Positions 51,127 through 64,000 of a DNA stretch of 64,000 nucleotides are shown here, one piece after another. Each line of letters opens with the position of its first letter. The first letter of the stretch is position 1. A program made the translations under genes and the position numbers. The DNA lies in the NCBI RefSeq assembly GCF_006345805.1, contig NC_043005.1, positions 63,984,001 through 64,048,000 of the forward strand. The letters are read 5' to 3'. The stretch is from Octopus sinensis. Taxonomy: Eukaryota. The notes under the pieces are model-generated. The model saw only the letters and a list, made by a program, of their open reading frames with translations, was not told the origin of the DNA and did no database searches.

Positions 51127-52440
51127 GTGCTAGCGTTGGTCTATTCACTGTGTTGATTTTTGACGAGTCGGACGGAATATTTTGGGCTGCTTAGCAGCGG
51201 TTTGTCAGTGAATGTTATACCGGTAGAAAAAATGTATTCAGACCTTAGCGAGTATGAGCTGTCCTCAGCAGAGGAGTTCGTTAAGGCGGTAAATAGAATG
51301 GACGAGCATTTGGAAAGATTAAAAAGTTTTGCTGAGGCTGCAGAGGTGAAGAAAAAGGAGGTGGACCTAGCCGGACTGAAGGAGCTGAGTAAGATGACAC
51401 AGAAGGTGGGCGGTGACGTAAAGTTACTACCCACGAAAAGGGTCATGGAAAATATGGAAAAGAAGACCATTACCTGCAAGGTGTACTCAGTGGAGAGTAG
51501 GAAGGTGGAGCGGATGGAGATGGAAAAAGTTGAAAAGGCATTGAAGGGGCTTTCGAAAGAAGTAACATACTTAGCGAAAGGAAATGGATATGGGACGATG
51601 GTTGTCCAGTTTAAGACAGCGAAGGAGGCAAAGAGGCTGGCGAGGGCAAATGTAAAAACGGAGGAAGTGGTACTTCTACCTACGAAGCTTGGAAAAAGAT
51701 TTCTAAGATGAGGCCAGAAGAAATTCCACCCAATATAGAAGTGGTTTGAGTTGCGACAGCCGTCCTCGTTGGAAGTGAGGAGGAGGTGGCTGTCCTCTAA
51801 GCCATGTAAACGGAGGATGGAGAGGAAAAACACTGAACCTCATTATACAGGCAGAGAAGATGTAATTGGAGAGTTTGGTGGAGACGGTGATGTTGGGAGA
51901 GATTGTGTTAAGAGTGTGGGTGGAGTGCAGGATCCCACGATGTTTTAAATGTGGCCAAAAGGGCCACGTTAGAGCGCACTGCCCTCTGCAGAGGAAAACG
52001 ACAGATGGTGGAGACGGAGGAAAAAAAGGAAGAAGTACAGATAGATGGAAGGAACAAGGAGGATGACTGGACAGTGACAGAGAATAAAAGGAAAAAGAGA
52101 AAGAAGAGGAAGAACAGTTAGTGTGATGTGAGACCCCAGACCAACTCCAACTCGCCCCAGACCACTCTGATCACCCTTCCCATACAGACACCAAACCCAC
52201 CCACCCCCTCTCCTCACAGGAAAAAAAGAAAAAGAACAGACACCACAACATTTACCAGACCCCTCCCCCACCGTGAAAAAAGGTTACGTGTACATGGAGG
52301 AGAGAGTGTTGTCACTCAGCGATGGGGGAAAACGGTAAACAAAAGAGATGAATGACTAAAGAGGACTCAGGACTCAGAGGTGGCGAGTCATGTTACTCAG
52401 TGTGGGGTGAGTAACACACGTTTTATATTCTCATTTCTCT
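51127..52440 (+). mobile_element. ORF1-only L1/Tx1-like element (gag-like ORF1 with CCHC zinc knuckle, disrupted)
   Basis: ORF 51160-51711 continues through a stop and frameshifts to CFKCGQKGHVRAHC (C-x2-C-x4-H-x4-C). No ORF2 follows. 3' hairpin tgttactca..tgagtaaca. Confidence 0.7.
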
Positions 52441-53989
52441 TTCCCAATCCTAATGATCCAGCTGATCAACAATTCTCTCTGATTTCAGTTCCGGCAGAAA
52501 ATTGATCATAGTGCTGCAAGCAATAAAATATTCAAGCCAACTGATCAGCAACTGCTACGTAGTTGTTCGACTTGCTAAAATAAGTAACAGAGCTTTGTCC
52601 ATGTCACACTATATTGTCGTAAAAATCTACATTGACGTATTAACAGAGGTCTTCCTGTCTGTAATGTCTCTTAAATTAAAACAACATCATTAGTAGAACT
52701 TAGAAAATCATAGGGTTGGTAAATTGCCTCATCTGGAGATAAAGGAAAATAGCAAAACATTCTTTAGAAATTTGTCAAATTCACTATTTTTGTTGAGGGA
52801 TTAAAATTTTCGTCACACAACCGACACCTATCCAACGACGCAGTCGCGCTCTGTCAGTTCAAATCCTCACAGTGTTGAAGTGAAGTAGTGTCTATGTCCA
52901 GGTCGCAGTAGTATGACAAAAAGTTTGTCGCTTCAAGAACTAAATGAAACTCGAACAGGCTTTGTGGGTAAAAATAGCTCTTGCCCCAGTAATTGTCTCA
53001 GTTTCAATATTTAATAGAGTCTCAAGTGAAATCCGAAGCAATATATCATTGGAATCATTATTGCATTATTGCTGTAACTTAGGCTGGTGAAGTTAGGCTG
53101 GGGAAAACCTAGTGGAGAATGGGTTACTCAATGATACTTAATTTAGTTTATAGAGAAGACTCATTTCAAGTGGTGGTTCACTAAAGGATCGACCTTACTC
53201 CGTTAATTGTTTCGTACCTTGTTAAATTCTGTAACCATCTGCACTCTCGTGACATTCATTATTCTTAACTCGATTGAAATATTTCAAGTTTTTTTCCAAT
53301 ATTCTAATGCAGAGGAAATATGTCTGGTCTGCGGTATTTAACTGTCTACAAGTAACTCTTGAACGTTTGCTTCAATGAATTTTCACAAGTTTCCAAGTCA
53401 CAAAAGACCAGAGGCATAGATTTACACTTTTACCATTCTCTTCCAAGAGAAGCTTTGCCATTTACAAATTAATTGATTTTCTTTACAAACATTGTGTCAT
53501 TTAAATTCCATTCACTGTCGTTTTCTTAATTATCTTCCAAAAGAAGCCAGTCGTCTTTTAAAAAAAAGATTCTGTATATTTTCATTTTGTATTATTTGTT
53601 GAGTCTTTTTACATGTTTAATGATTCCTATTAATTGATTTATTTATTTATCTAGCTATCATTTATTTATATATTTATTTCTTTAGCTATCATTTATTTAT
53701 TTATCTAGTTATCATTTATTTATTTATATAGCTATCATTTATTTATTTAACATTTATTTATCGTTTATTTATTTTTGGCTAGCAACCGTAGTAGGGTAGC
53801 AGAGTGATTAGAACGTTGCAAATAAAAATGTCTTGCAGAATTTGTGTAAGCATTTTACATTCAGAGTTCAAATCGCGCTACGGTGAACTTTCTTTTCATA
53901 CTTCAGGTAACAATAAAATAAATGTGGCATTGCACCAATGTCAGAAGAACTTCTTTTCAACGTAAATAAATTTTTCATATAGTGATATA

Positions 53990-54383
53990 CTAGCAGTATC
54001 GCCCGGCGTTGCTCGGGTTGTAAGGGAAATAACTATATAAGCATTTTTAGAGAGTTATAGCCAAAAAATAGCAAAAGAATGCATTAAAAATTGAAAAAAA
54101 ATTAAGGTAAAATTTTTTTTAAATCGTTGACACATCGTAGATATTTTTAGAGAGTTACTTCCCTTATATAAAAGCGAAAACATGCATTAAAATGGAAAAA
54201 TATGATGGTAAATTTTTTTTAAATCGTAGACTCATCGTAGACGCACGCTAATACCCAGAAGGGCTCGATATGAATCACGACTATAAGATACCCGCTTTTG
54301 GTTAAACTGCACCGCAAAATGTGGGAGTAGTTAGGAATCTAAATCGTAGGAGACAGACACACAACTTCACTCTTATATGTAGA
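53990..54383 (-). mobile_element. Non-autonomous Helitron
   Basis: Minus strand A|TCTACATATAAGAG..cccgagcaacgccggg hairpin..CTAG|T (AT target, 5'-TC, 3'-CTAG). Internal ~90-bp tandem duplication. Confidence 0.8.
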
Positions 54384-55059
54384 TGCTTTTTTTTTCAGTC
54401 ATAGAGTTAGATTTATGAAGGTCTTCAGTAGAAAATCCTTCGAATTCTGACTCGCTGCTTGATATAATGAAATTCGTATCCATTTTTTGTCAGAATTACA
54501 AATTTTGAAAACACAATAGGAACAAATTTCGGAAAAAAATCTCCCATAATTCACGGAATTAAAATTACACTTCGATTTTTGTACAAAACTGTAGTTGAAG
54601 TGTTTACGAAGTATAATACGTCTTTTCACGAATGTACTAAAGAGATTTGCTCTGATATTCTCATTTAAATATGAATAGGTAAATTCGGGCGGCTTGGTAA
54701 CGAAAGGGTTAAACGGATGCATACATTTATTAATCTCTTATTATAATAACTATATATAAGTGTCGTCTGTTCATACATAAACACTGTTTCATACTGCAAT
54801 TATATATACATATATCTATATATAATATTATATAATAAAATATATACAGAGTAAAATAAAAACCAATTTACCTTTTCTGTCCATCCGTGTGTCTTTGCAA
54901 ATGTGTTGGAATGATAAGTGAGTTGTGATTTGGCGCCTTTTTTACTAATAACAAACACACACGTGTTTGTATGTAGTTGTATGTGTATGTAGTTGTATGT
55001 AGTTGTATATGTATGTGTATGCGTGTGTGTGAGGAATGACACACACACACTCACGCACG

Positions 55060-55600
55060 CACACATGTACATCAATGCTTTCGGAGTGATATGTTAAAAT
55101 ATTGAGTTTTCTCGAATTTTGTCTTAATTGGGGGTGAAATTGAAAGAAATATATTATGGCATGAGCGAATGGAGTACTTTGAAAAATCTTAGGTAAATTC
55201 TAATTGAAGAAATTGTGTGAGGAGTAAATGGTTATGTATTTATTTGTTTCTGTTTGCTGTGTTTTTTTATTTTTTGAGTAGTGGTTTAAATACTTTCAGT
55301 TTAGTCTTCCTCAAATCACTCTGTCGCTATTTACTTTCATTTTATTCGTTGCACACTGTGTGTGTGCGTTTGCGTGTGGTGTAAACCAGACTAAGAAAAG
55401 CATTTGACACACACACCAGAATGTGAGTTTTCTGTAAATTTTGCTTAATTGGAGTTTAAATTTTAAAAACTGGACCTGGCATGACGCGATGCATTCTACT
55501 CTTAAAAATGCTAGGTAAATTGTAATTGAAGAAATCCTATATTGTAGATTTCTATAACTCCCAAAGGGAGTCAGATAAAATCTGCCTTTTATAATAAGAG
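55060..55600 (-). mobile_element. Helitron-like 5' portion with internal duplication
   Basis: Minus-strand start TCTCTTATTATAAAAGGCAG at 55600; ~110-bp unit repeated at ~55102 and ~55424. Confidence 0.45.
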
Positions 55601-57459
55601 ATTATTATTATTATTTATACTCAAAGTTTCTGTGTTCATATCCCACTGGAGTCAACTATACCTTTCGTTATTTTAAGTCAGATAAAATAAGTATCATGTA
55701 TGTAAAGGCATTATGTTGCCACTTCTTGCCTATAGGTAGATTGGAATCCCTTGTGCTATCCAGCCTGTCCCTCTGGGCTTTGATTTCAAATCCCAGTGTA
55801 CTCATTCCAAGTTCTATCAATCCATGTTCTGGGTTGATGGAATTATGGAGCGTCGTGTGAAATGTCTTGCGATACCTTTTTGCGTTCAGATTTCTAATTC
55901 TTCTTAGATGCTCGCTGCTAGACCAAAACTAATCACCCGGCCATGAGAGCGCGCCAGCCAAACCGCACTTAGCCATCGTGCTCAGGTCAACTTACGTTTT
56001 TAAACCAACAAAGACCAGCTGTCAATAGCAAAATGTCGAATACAACGTAATGGAAAACCTTCTTCAAAGATTTGCGTCTTCATATCACTGTTGGAAATCT
56101 TCAATGTTACTGTAATTTAATAATTTCACTGTGTTTCTATCATGAAAGTTATATTTTTATAGAAATGAATGTCTACACTGAGGATGCCTTTAACACAAAA
56201 TGGTTTGAGACATTTAGTCATGGCGCTTAACATTCTGAGTTCAAATCCAGCTGAGATCATCTTTACTTTTCATTTCTTCAAGGTCGATAAAATAAAATGC
56301 CAATGGAGGAATGGAATCGATGGAATTGCAGAATTTGTGCCGAAATTAGAGATACACACAGGCATAATACTTAATTCTCAGACAGATTCAAGGCAGACCT
56401 TGAAGAGAGGAGGCGCGTCATTGATGAGTAAAGAACTTTGGTAAAAAAAAAAAACATTGATTGTTTAACCAAAACATTAAACAAACGATCTGTTAGTTTG
56501 TTGGTTAGATATTTAACCCATTTGACTGATAATAAAGAAGTGATATTGAACCAGTGCGAGGGTTTATTATTATTAGCGTAATGACTCTCCCAAGAAACAG
56601 CAAGATTTGTGTCAACACACGAATTCACATTAAGAATTTTGCAAACCAAATACAAAGTGTGTATGTGTGTGTGTGTATAATTTTAAGAACTATATACACT
56701 ATACAATTTTAAACCGATGGCCGCTCGATGTATTATGCTTTTTGTATAAATTAAAAAGAGATAAAAAGAAAAGGTACATAAACTACTCTCACATAAGTCA
56801 AAAATGAACGTCCTTATCTTCAGTACTACTTCATAGCATCTCTGATAGAAAAGAAATAACGGTAACGGTATATAAAATGACAAAAGCTATTCATTCTTCA
56901 AAACAAAATAAGCTTTATACGAAGGATTTACTTTTTTTAAGTGATACCAAATCCATTAAACTTCCACCACTACCACTACAATATATCTCCGCTCTTAATC
57001 TCATTTACTTTGCTGAAATTTTAGGTGTTCTTACCACTAGCTAGTGATGAGGATAAAACTCAGTCTCTGGAGAATGGTTAAGATACAAATAATCTGTGAA
57101 TCGATCTCAACTACTTTGCAATATGTGTAAAGATAATTGTATAAAAATACATTTCAAGCACAAGGATTTGAATTTCAATACGGAATCATTTCAAGCCAGG
57201 TAAACAAGACCAATAAGATATTCAAACATTAAAAAAGGAATAAAAGCAAGAAGAAATGAAGCTTATGAGCAAGCGCTGACGTTGCAAATCTATTGCAATC
57301 TTTTAAAAGTCAATAATTTTAATTATTAAGTTAAGACATCAAATTACTTTGATTCTTATTCATATCTTTACTTTGTTAGTATCTGAAATATCTATTTAAG
57401 CAGTAGTTATCCATTTACAACAAAACATTATTTACTATTCTGACAATATTTTTATCTAA

Positions 57460-58330
57460 GGCGGCAAGACGGGGCGAGCTGGCAGAAACGTTAGCACGCC
57501 GGGCGAAATACGTAGCCGTATTTCGTCTGCCGTTACGTTCTGAGTTCAAATTCTGCCGAGGTCCACTTTGCCTTTCATCCTTTCGGGGTCGATAAATTAA
57601 GTACCAGTTACGCACTGGGGTCGATATAATCGACTTAATCCGTTTGCCTGTCCTTGTTTGTCCTGTCTGTGTTTAGCCCCTTGTAGGTAGTAAAGAAATA
57701 GGTAGTAAAGAATTAGAAATAGGTATTTCGTCTGCCACTTCGTTCTGAGTTCAAATTCCGCCGAGTTCAACTTTGCCTTTCATCCTTTCGGGGTCGAGAA
57801 ATTTAGTACTGAGGGTGATCTGATGGATTGGCCCCCTCGCCAAAAGTTTTGGACCTTGCGCCTAGAGTAGAAAATACTATTTCTAAGGTGGTGAGCTGGC
57901 AGAATCGTTAGCACGCCGGGTGAAATGCTTAGCGGGATTCGTCTGCCGTTATATTCTGAGTTCAAATTCCGCCGAAGTCGACTTTGCCTTTCCTTCTTTC
58001 GGGATCAATTAAATATGTACCAGTTACACACTGGAGTCGATGTAGTCGACTTAATCTCTGTCTTTGTTTGTTCCCTTTATGTTTAGTCCCCTGTGGACAA
58101 TAAAGAAATAAATACTTCTTAGGAGGCGAGCTGGCAGAATCGCTACCCATGCCGGGCAGTATTTCGCTTGTATTTAGGTTCTGAGTTCAAATGCCGCCGG
58201 TGTGGACTTTGCTTTTCATCCTTTTGGGGTCGATAAATTATATACCATTGAAACACTGGGGTCAATGTAATTGACTGGTCCCCTCTCCCAAAATTTCCTG
58301 CCTTGAGTCTATAGTGGAAAGGATTATTCT
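57460..58330 (+). repeat. Tandem array of four SINE family B units (first one full length)
   Basis: Units at ~57471, 57720, 57886 and 58121. Confidence 0.85.
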
Positions 58331-59999
58331 GATAATATTTCTTTTTTTAATTTGACATAACGACGGAGCTTCTGCACGATCACTCAATTTGGTATAAATA
58401 ACAACCATATCTCTTTCTAATCAAATTAGACGATGTAGATGGAAGGATACTTTGAATGATATAGTCTGAGCTACATCATTTCTAGAAAATTAATGTAGGA
58501 AAATAAAACTGGTGGTCACCGCTAAAGTAATATTGATCATAAGATTGCCTCAACGAGAGGCGACTTGGGTTATAAAAGAAGCAATAACAATAACAATAGC
58601 TATGCATAATAAATAACCCTGTAAAACTTTCAGCGACACCTGTTTCCACTTACCCAAGAGTTCAGATATCAACTGCTACTGGACCATTTGAAGGAATTTT
58701 ACACGAATAAGTGAGCCTACACTTGCTCACTAAACTTGCTAAACACAGTATTTTCATCTCTTTTAATTCCTATCCTACTGTCTTAAGAAATATGAGGAGA
58801 GCACTATATCTGGAAATAGATACGCGATTATTTTGGGTCATAGATTTGGGGGGAATGATCTATAAGGAATTTTCTATTCCTTTCTACTATAGTCATAAAC
58901 ACGCCGACGGGAAATAACATCATTAGGTGAGACAAGCTGACTGAATCAGCTTCGCTGACTGACAGGTGACGGTCGTTTAGAAAAGGCGCGGGCTAAAACT
59001 ACGCGCCTTCACTAGTCAGTTAAGGTGAGACAGTGTCACGTGACAAAGGGGGCGCCCCGCCGTCACGTCAAAACGGTAGAGGAGTAGGGGCCGAAACCGG
59101 ACGTGGTTCCTCCTGATGATGTCTTGAGCTAACTGGATCCTATAAAGGAGCTGTTGAGGTAGCATACCACGAAACATGGTTGTAATTCCAGTGCCATTAC
59201 ATTATTGTAATAACTTTAGAGGTATTTTTAATTGTAAGGTACTTTAATTACCAACTATAATACATCCAGCTGACACTCGTGAGCAATTATTCTTTAATGA
59301 CATACTTGAAATAAATATTGAATGTGCGTCTATATTTGCGACTAGCCGTAGAAACCCTCTCGTCTCTATTTAACTGTGACTCAATGGCACATTCAGCATG
59401 TGAGCACAGCGGGAGAGACGGCTGCACCAGTACCCTGGTTGGTACACGTAGGAATTGTGGAGCTTGAAGCAATGTCAAATGAAGTGACATGCCCAAGGAC
59501 ACGAACAAGCAACCTGATTGGTACACCCTTATGGTCATGAATCGAAAGTTCTAACGACTTGCCTAAACACCTTCACAGGTTTACCAGGATTAACACAGAA
59601 ATAAAATTTTTAAATAACACATTTCATAGTGTGTAGCACTTGGTTATTCTTGCAACTTTTTATACTCTGCATCTTCCTAACATTTATGTTGACATGACTG
59701 ACGGGAAGACTGGCACTAAATTCTGCATTAATTGGTACAAGTCTAGCACTTCCCATTTGCTCTCTCCTACTAGTAAGTCCTTCACATTTTAAGAAGGAAA
59801 TGGTCTGAGACCATTAAAACTGTAATTATATATTCTTCCTTTTATCATTAATATTATCATTAATATTTTAAGCAACTATTTAGATCTGCGAACACTGCAG
59901 CGTAGGGACTTGTAAACACCAAGATTCATTTTTAATCAAGTCTGCGAATATATTCTTACACAAAATTACTTGATGGAAGTATTTTCTTTCACTCTTTCA

Positions 60000-60181
60000 C
60001 TATTTTTAATCGCATGACAGCAGCCATGCTGGGGGCACCATTTTAAAGTCTTTAGTAGATCAAATCATACCTATCACTAAAGTTTAAGTCTCTTACTTAT
60101 TCTACCAGTCTCGACTACCGAACTGTTAAGTGTAAACAAACACCGGTTACCAGGCTGCGAAAGAAAAATACAAGCTCAATG

Positions 60182-60218
<37 letters not shown>

Positions 60219-60376
60219 AACACGGCGGATTTGCTCGCAGTTTACATCTACAAATTCACTAGAAATTATTGGGTCTGAGGATCTAGCGAAGACACTTGCT
60301 CTGACACTACTAAATGGAACTTATCCATCAAACTGCATAATTGCGAAACAAGCCTGCTAAGCATACAGCTATACCG
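60000..60376 (-). mobile_element. Old SINE family A copy
   Basis: cagccatgctgg..cacc..acttattcta..caaattcact..gaagacacttgc motifs. Confidence 0.6.
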
Positions 60377-62395
60377 GCAGTATTCTGTAGTGCTTTAGAT
60401 AATTTTCCAGTGTTCTACACAATTATTTTCTATTATCTGCATGGAATAACCTGCGTAACACCTTAAAATAAAATTTCTAAATTATTGCAAAATCCTTAAA
60501 ACAAAATCATATACATTTCCTCTTCAATGAGGAATTACAATAATTTCTGCACTAAATAATGCAGGATTTATCGTTGATTGGATTACATTCCTGATTATCA
60601 GCGTAAAGCAACCTGCCTAAACTTCTAAAAGGAAATTTCTACAGTAATTCACAATTATCTAAGTATCAATATAAACTATAATGTAAAAAATATATCAGCT
60701 ATAACATCCTTAAAGAGAAAATTTGAAAATTACAGTCTCCAGCAGAAATCATGTATAACGAAAATCATTACAGAAGATATTTGACAAAGGCTTCTTATGT
60801 GAATAACATATAAGAACATGAATATTGCTTATGTAACATATTTTGATGTTTTCCGTTTTGTAAGTTTTTAGTTTATTTTTCTTTTAGCTTTCAGAACAGC
60901 TTTAAATTGAAATTACTAATACAGCGAATGTGATACAAATTAATCCTCTATGCAACTATATATTTAATCTTGCGCAAGCATAGGAATTACGTTTTGCTTG
61001 GAATTTCTTCGTAAAATATCTTGGTTCAAAAACTATGCTGAATTTTTCATCTTAAACACATTCTTGTTTCAATTCAACACAAACATATGAAGAATTATAT
61101 AGACGATTGAATAACAAGATAACATCCACACAAATTTAACTGTAGTAAGAAACTCTCAAAAGAGCTGAACAACAGGTTTTCAGACAAGAAGCAGCCCTCG
61201 GGGAAGTGTTTTGGTCTTTAACTTCTTAAGCTCTAAGAGGGCCGGACCGCATCCAGATCATGACTCCTGGGTGCCCCTCCGCTTTTAGATTTTAGCCACT
61301 TAGATATCGGATACTTGGAGATATCAGAGCATGGAGATTTCATTTAGTTATAACTCGCCCCTGTCAAACTACTAGTCGAATAAGATATAACGTTGGTCGT
61401 CATGGTAGCAAGTAACGTCAACGCTCCCACAGTGACTCAGAGTTACTTCCCTTAGTGTTAAAATACAAAAATATTGTTTTCAAACGATGCTGGGATATTA
61501 AAGGCCTAAAATGTCATGGAATAAGAATATTGTTGACACCAACTGGTAGTATTTTAGCCCCTGCTCCTCTAGTTTCGTGTATTTCAAATGGAACTTTTAC
61601 GCCTCTCGTTAAAACTACATACTATTCTGCACACAATATCTGGTTTGTTCTTGCAGTGTGAAGCAGAAAACTCTATTGAGGTGTTCATTAATCACACATT
61701 CTTGTAACAAGGTTTCGTGTGCCTTCATGAACTGACGTTTTGCAAACCTCAGCTCCCTGTAACGCATTAGTGTGGGGATCCTAGTAATACTGTTATGAGT
61801 GCCACGTTATTGTTCTACCTAGTAAGTCATAATTTTTATCCATCAACTCACTAACGGCTAAGAATAGTGCAAATCAATACAATAATTCTACCGAAAGAAG
61901 AATCTACATTTTAATCTATTTTATATCGTCTGAAAATAAATTTCATAAATAACCAGGCTGATCGCATAGACTTGTTCGAAATAGACGATTCTATCGCAAA
62001 TAGGAAATTATCGATAAAAGGCGAATTTATTTTTTCTGGTTTTGTTTTTCTGGAATATTTCTCTTCAAAATTTATATTCAATTAATTCTTTCGTGCTATA
62101 GACATTTTTAACCGCCCCCCTCCACACACACACAACACACACTTTTATATACACTTATATAATCGCATAAACAACAAGCATACACATACGCACACGTGTG
62201 TGTGTATGTGTATAAGTTTTGAAAACTAAGTTGACTGTAGCTTACTGAGCCCCCGCTTAGAACTTACTGTCAACTTTTTTTCCTGTAGTAATTAATAAAT
62301 ACGTGCCCTACTACGAATTGAGTAATCCTTCAGTTTCAGATTTTATTTTTTTACATTGGTAAATTGTTTTAAATATAACTTCACATAAACAGCGA

Positions 62396-62440
<45 letters not shown>

Positions 62441-62519
62441 CATCTAGTTAGGGAGCAATGTCTTGTTTAAGCCTGTATTGATAAAAACATGTTTATGTCC
62501 TAAGCTTACGTTTTCAATT

Positions 62520-63050
62520 AAGTTTTTTTCATAGTTCCTTATGCGTTCTTGGCAGTTTATTGGAATAATTAACTTCTCCAATCCATCAATGTTTGTACAT
62601 TTTCACAGTTTCATCTTCCGAATGTTACTAGAGGGCGTAGATGATTTTTTTTTCATAGTAAGTAAATGTGAATTCTGTAGATTTCACTGCTGGGATATAA
62701 TCCTTTGCTCTATGTCATCAGTTATGTGTTTATTTTGTTTCTATTTTAGTATTGCAGTGTTATGAGTAATGTTTCCATTATTTGTCGTCTTATTTCTTGT
62801 GAGGAATTCCATACAATATAAATGTACTTTCCACTAAAGTTGCCTATCTAGATTTTTCTGCTATATAGCGGAGAGTGTTGCGATTGCTTCTTGCTGTATT
62901 TGCATAGGAAGGCAATGTGAGAATGTTATGTTAGTATGTCTAATATAACATTTGGAATAAAGTAGTTTGCAACTATTGGGTTACAATCGAATTTATAAAC
63001 AGTATAAGGGATTTGTGTATTGGTCAATCGTTACATTCCTGCAGTTTGGT
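62520..63050 (-). pseudogene. Highly decayed PLE reverse transcriptase fragment
   Basis: Minus-strand remnants LYGIP, PIVA and TNIDGLE resemble the PLE RT motifs YGLPKIHK, RPIV and YTNI..GL.A. Confidence 0.35.
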
Positions 63051-63111
63051 GTTCACAAATAGGTTCTAAATTCTATCGTATTATATTTTTCTATACCATA
63101 TTTTAATTTCA

Positions 63112-63290
63112 AGTGGTGAGCTAGCAGAATCGTAAGTACTCAGTAATTCATCAAGTTCTTTACGCTCTGAGTTCAAATTCTGGTGTGATCGACGGTGCCT
63201 TTGTTACTTTTGAGGTCGATGAAACGAGTAGGAGTTCAATATTGGGTCCGATTAAATCGGCTTACAATTGGCACTGTGCCAAAATTGGAA
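63112..63290 (+). mobile_element. Degenerate SINE family B
   Basis: gtgagctagcagaatcgtaag..ctgagttcaaattc..gaggtcgat. Confidence 0.65.
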
Positions 63291-64000
63291 AGTACTACAT
63301 CAGTTTTGTATTATATTATTGGTATAGATTGTTTGATGTGATATATATTATGATATGCTCCTTGTAATATTTTTACGTGTTCAGCTGCTCAATAAATCAA
63401 TACATATTTAATTTATATAATACATTTATGTATGGTTTGTTTAATTTTAATATCTTATGTTTCTATTGCACTCTGTTCGCGTTTGTATATTTTGCTGACT
63501 TGGTCTACTAATCTACTAGAATATTCAACATATTTGAGATTCTATATTTAAAAAAAAAATGTATATCTCACACTTGATTTGTGGAAGACAATATAAAGGT
63601 TTTCGAAATAAGTGTTTATCACATGCGTTTTGTGGCTGTGATACAGTTTGTTGCCGTCATGTAAGTATAAATATTTCTGTATCTTGATGTACACGGATGT
63701 GATAAACCTATTATGGAGGTTTTCTACATAGAAAGTTGTTCATGTTTATGTGAGACTGGATGTTGAATTTTAGTGGGTAGTTGTTTTTAGGTTCCCTTTA
63801 ATTCTTCAAATATTCTATGGGAATACTACTCTCATAACATGTGCACATTTTTTGTTTGTGAATTGGTGCTACGTTGTTCTGTATTGTAGTTTCATAGAAT
63901 GATCTTGATTTATGTATGTTTTGAAATAGGATTTCAAATGAAATACGTAATACTTACAGTACGTTATAATTGATTAATATTTCCCTCTGACACCTTTGGA

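Noticed and set aside
51141-51833. 230-aa minus-strand ORF
   Set aside because: Antisense shadow of the purine-rich ORF1 on the plus strand.
54690-54711. piggyBac-like terminus (..aaagggTTAA)
   Set aside because: Only one end found; no partner TIR seen.

Overview
AT-rich, microsatellite-dense eukaryotic non-coding DNA. Its tRNA-derived SINE families look like those of a coleoid cephalopod (Octopus); that assignment is an inference. I found no intact host protein-coding gene, and almost all ORFs in the supplied track are microsatellite read-throughs. The window is a mosaic of transposon remnants: a decayed mariner, non-autonomous Helitrons, L1/Tx1 ORF1 and ORF2 fragments, RTE and R4/Dong-like LINE fragments, a hAT remnant, at least three SINE families (two head-to-tail arrays), and two nearby inverted copies of a Neptune-type Penelope-like element (PLE) with a GIY-YIG endonuclease. 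The main signal, absent from the ORF track, is about 16 type-I hammerhead ribozyme (HHR) motifs read by eye from roughly 10 unrelated sequence families. Most sit in short non-coding modules beside or between (TA)n tracts, and several modules are long fold-back palindromes with a ribozyme on each strand. Several motifs have non-canonical cores: a compensatory U3-A8 pair, U4C, an extra A after A9, and U.U or A.G at 10.1/11.1. All folds were done by hand and none was tested for activity.
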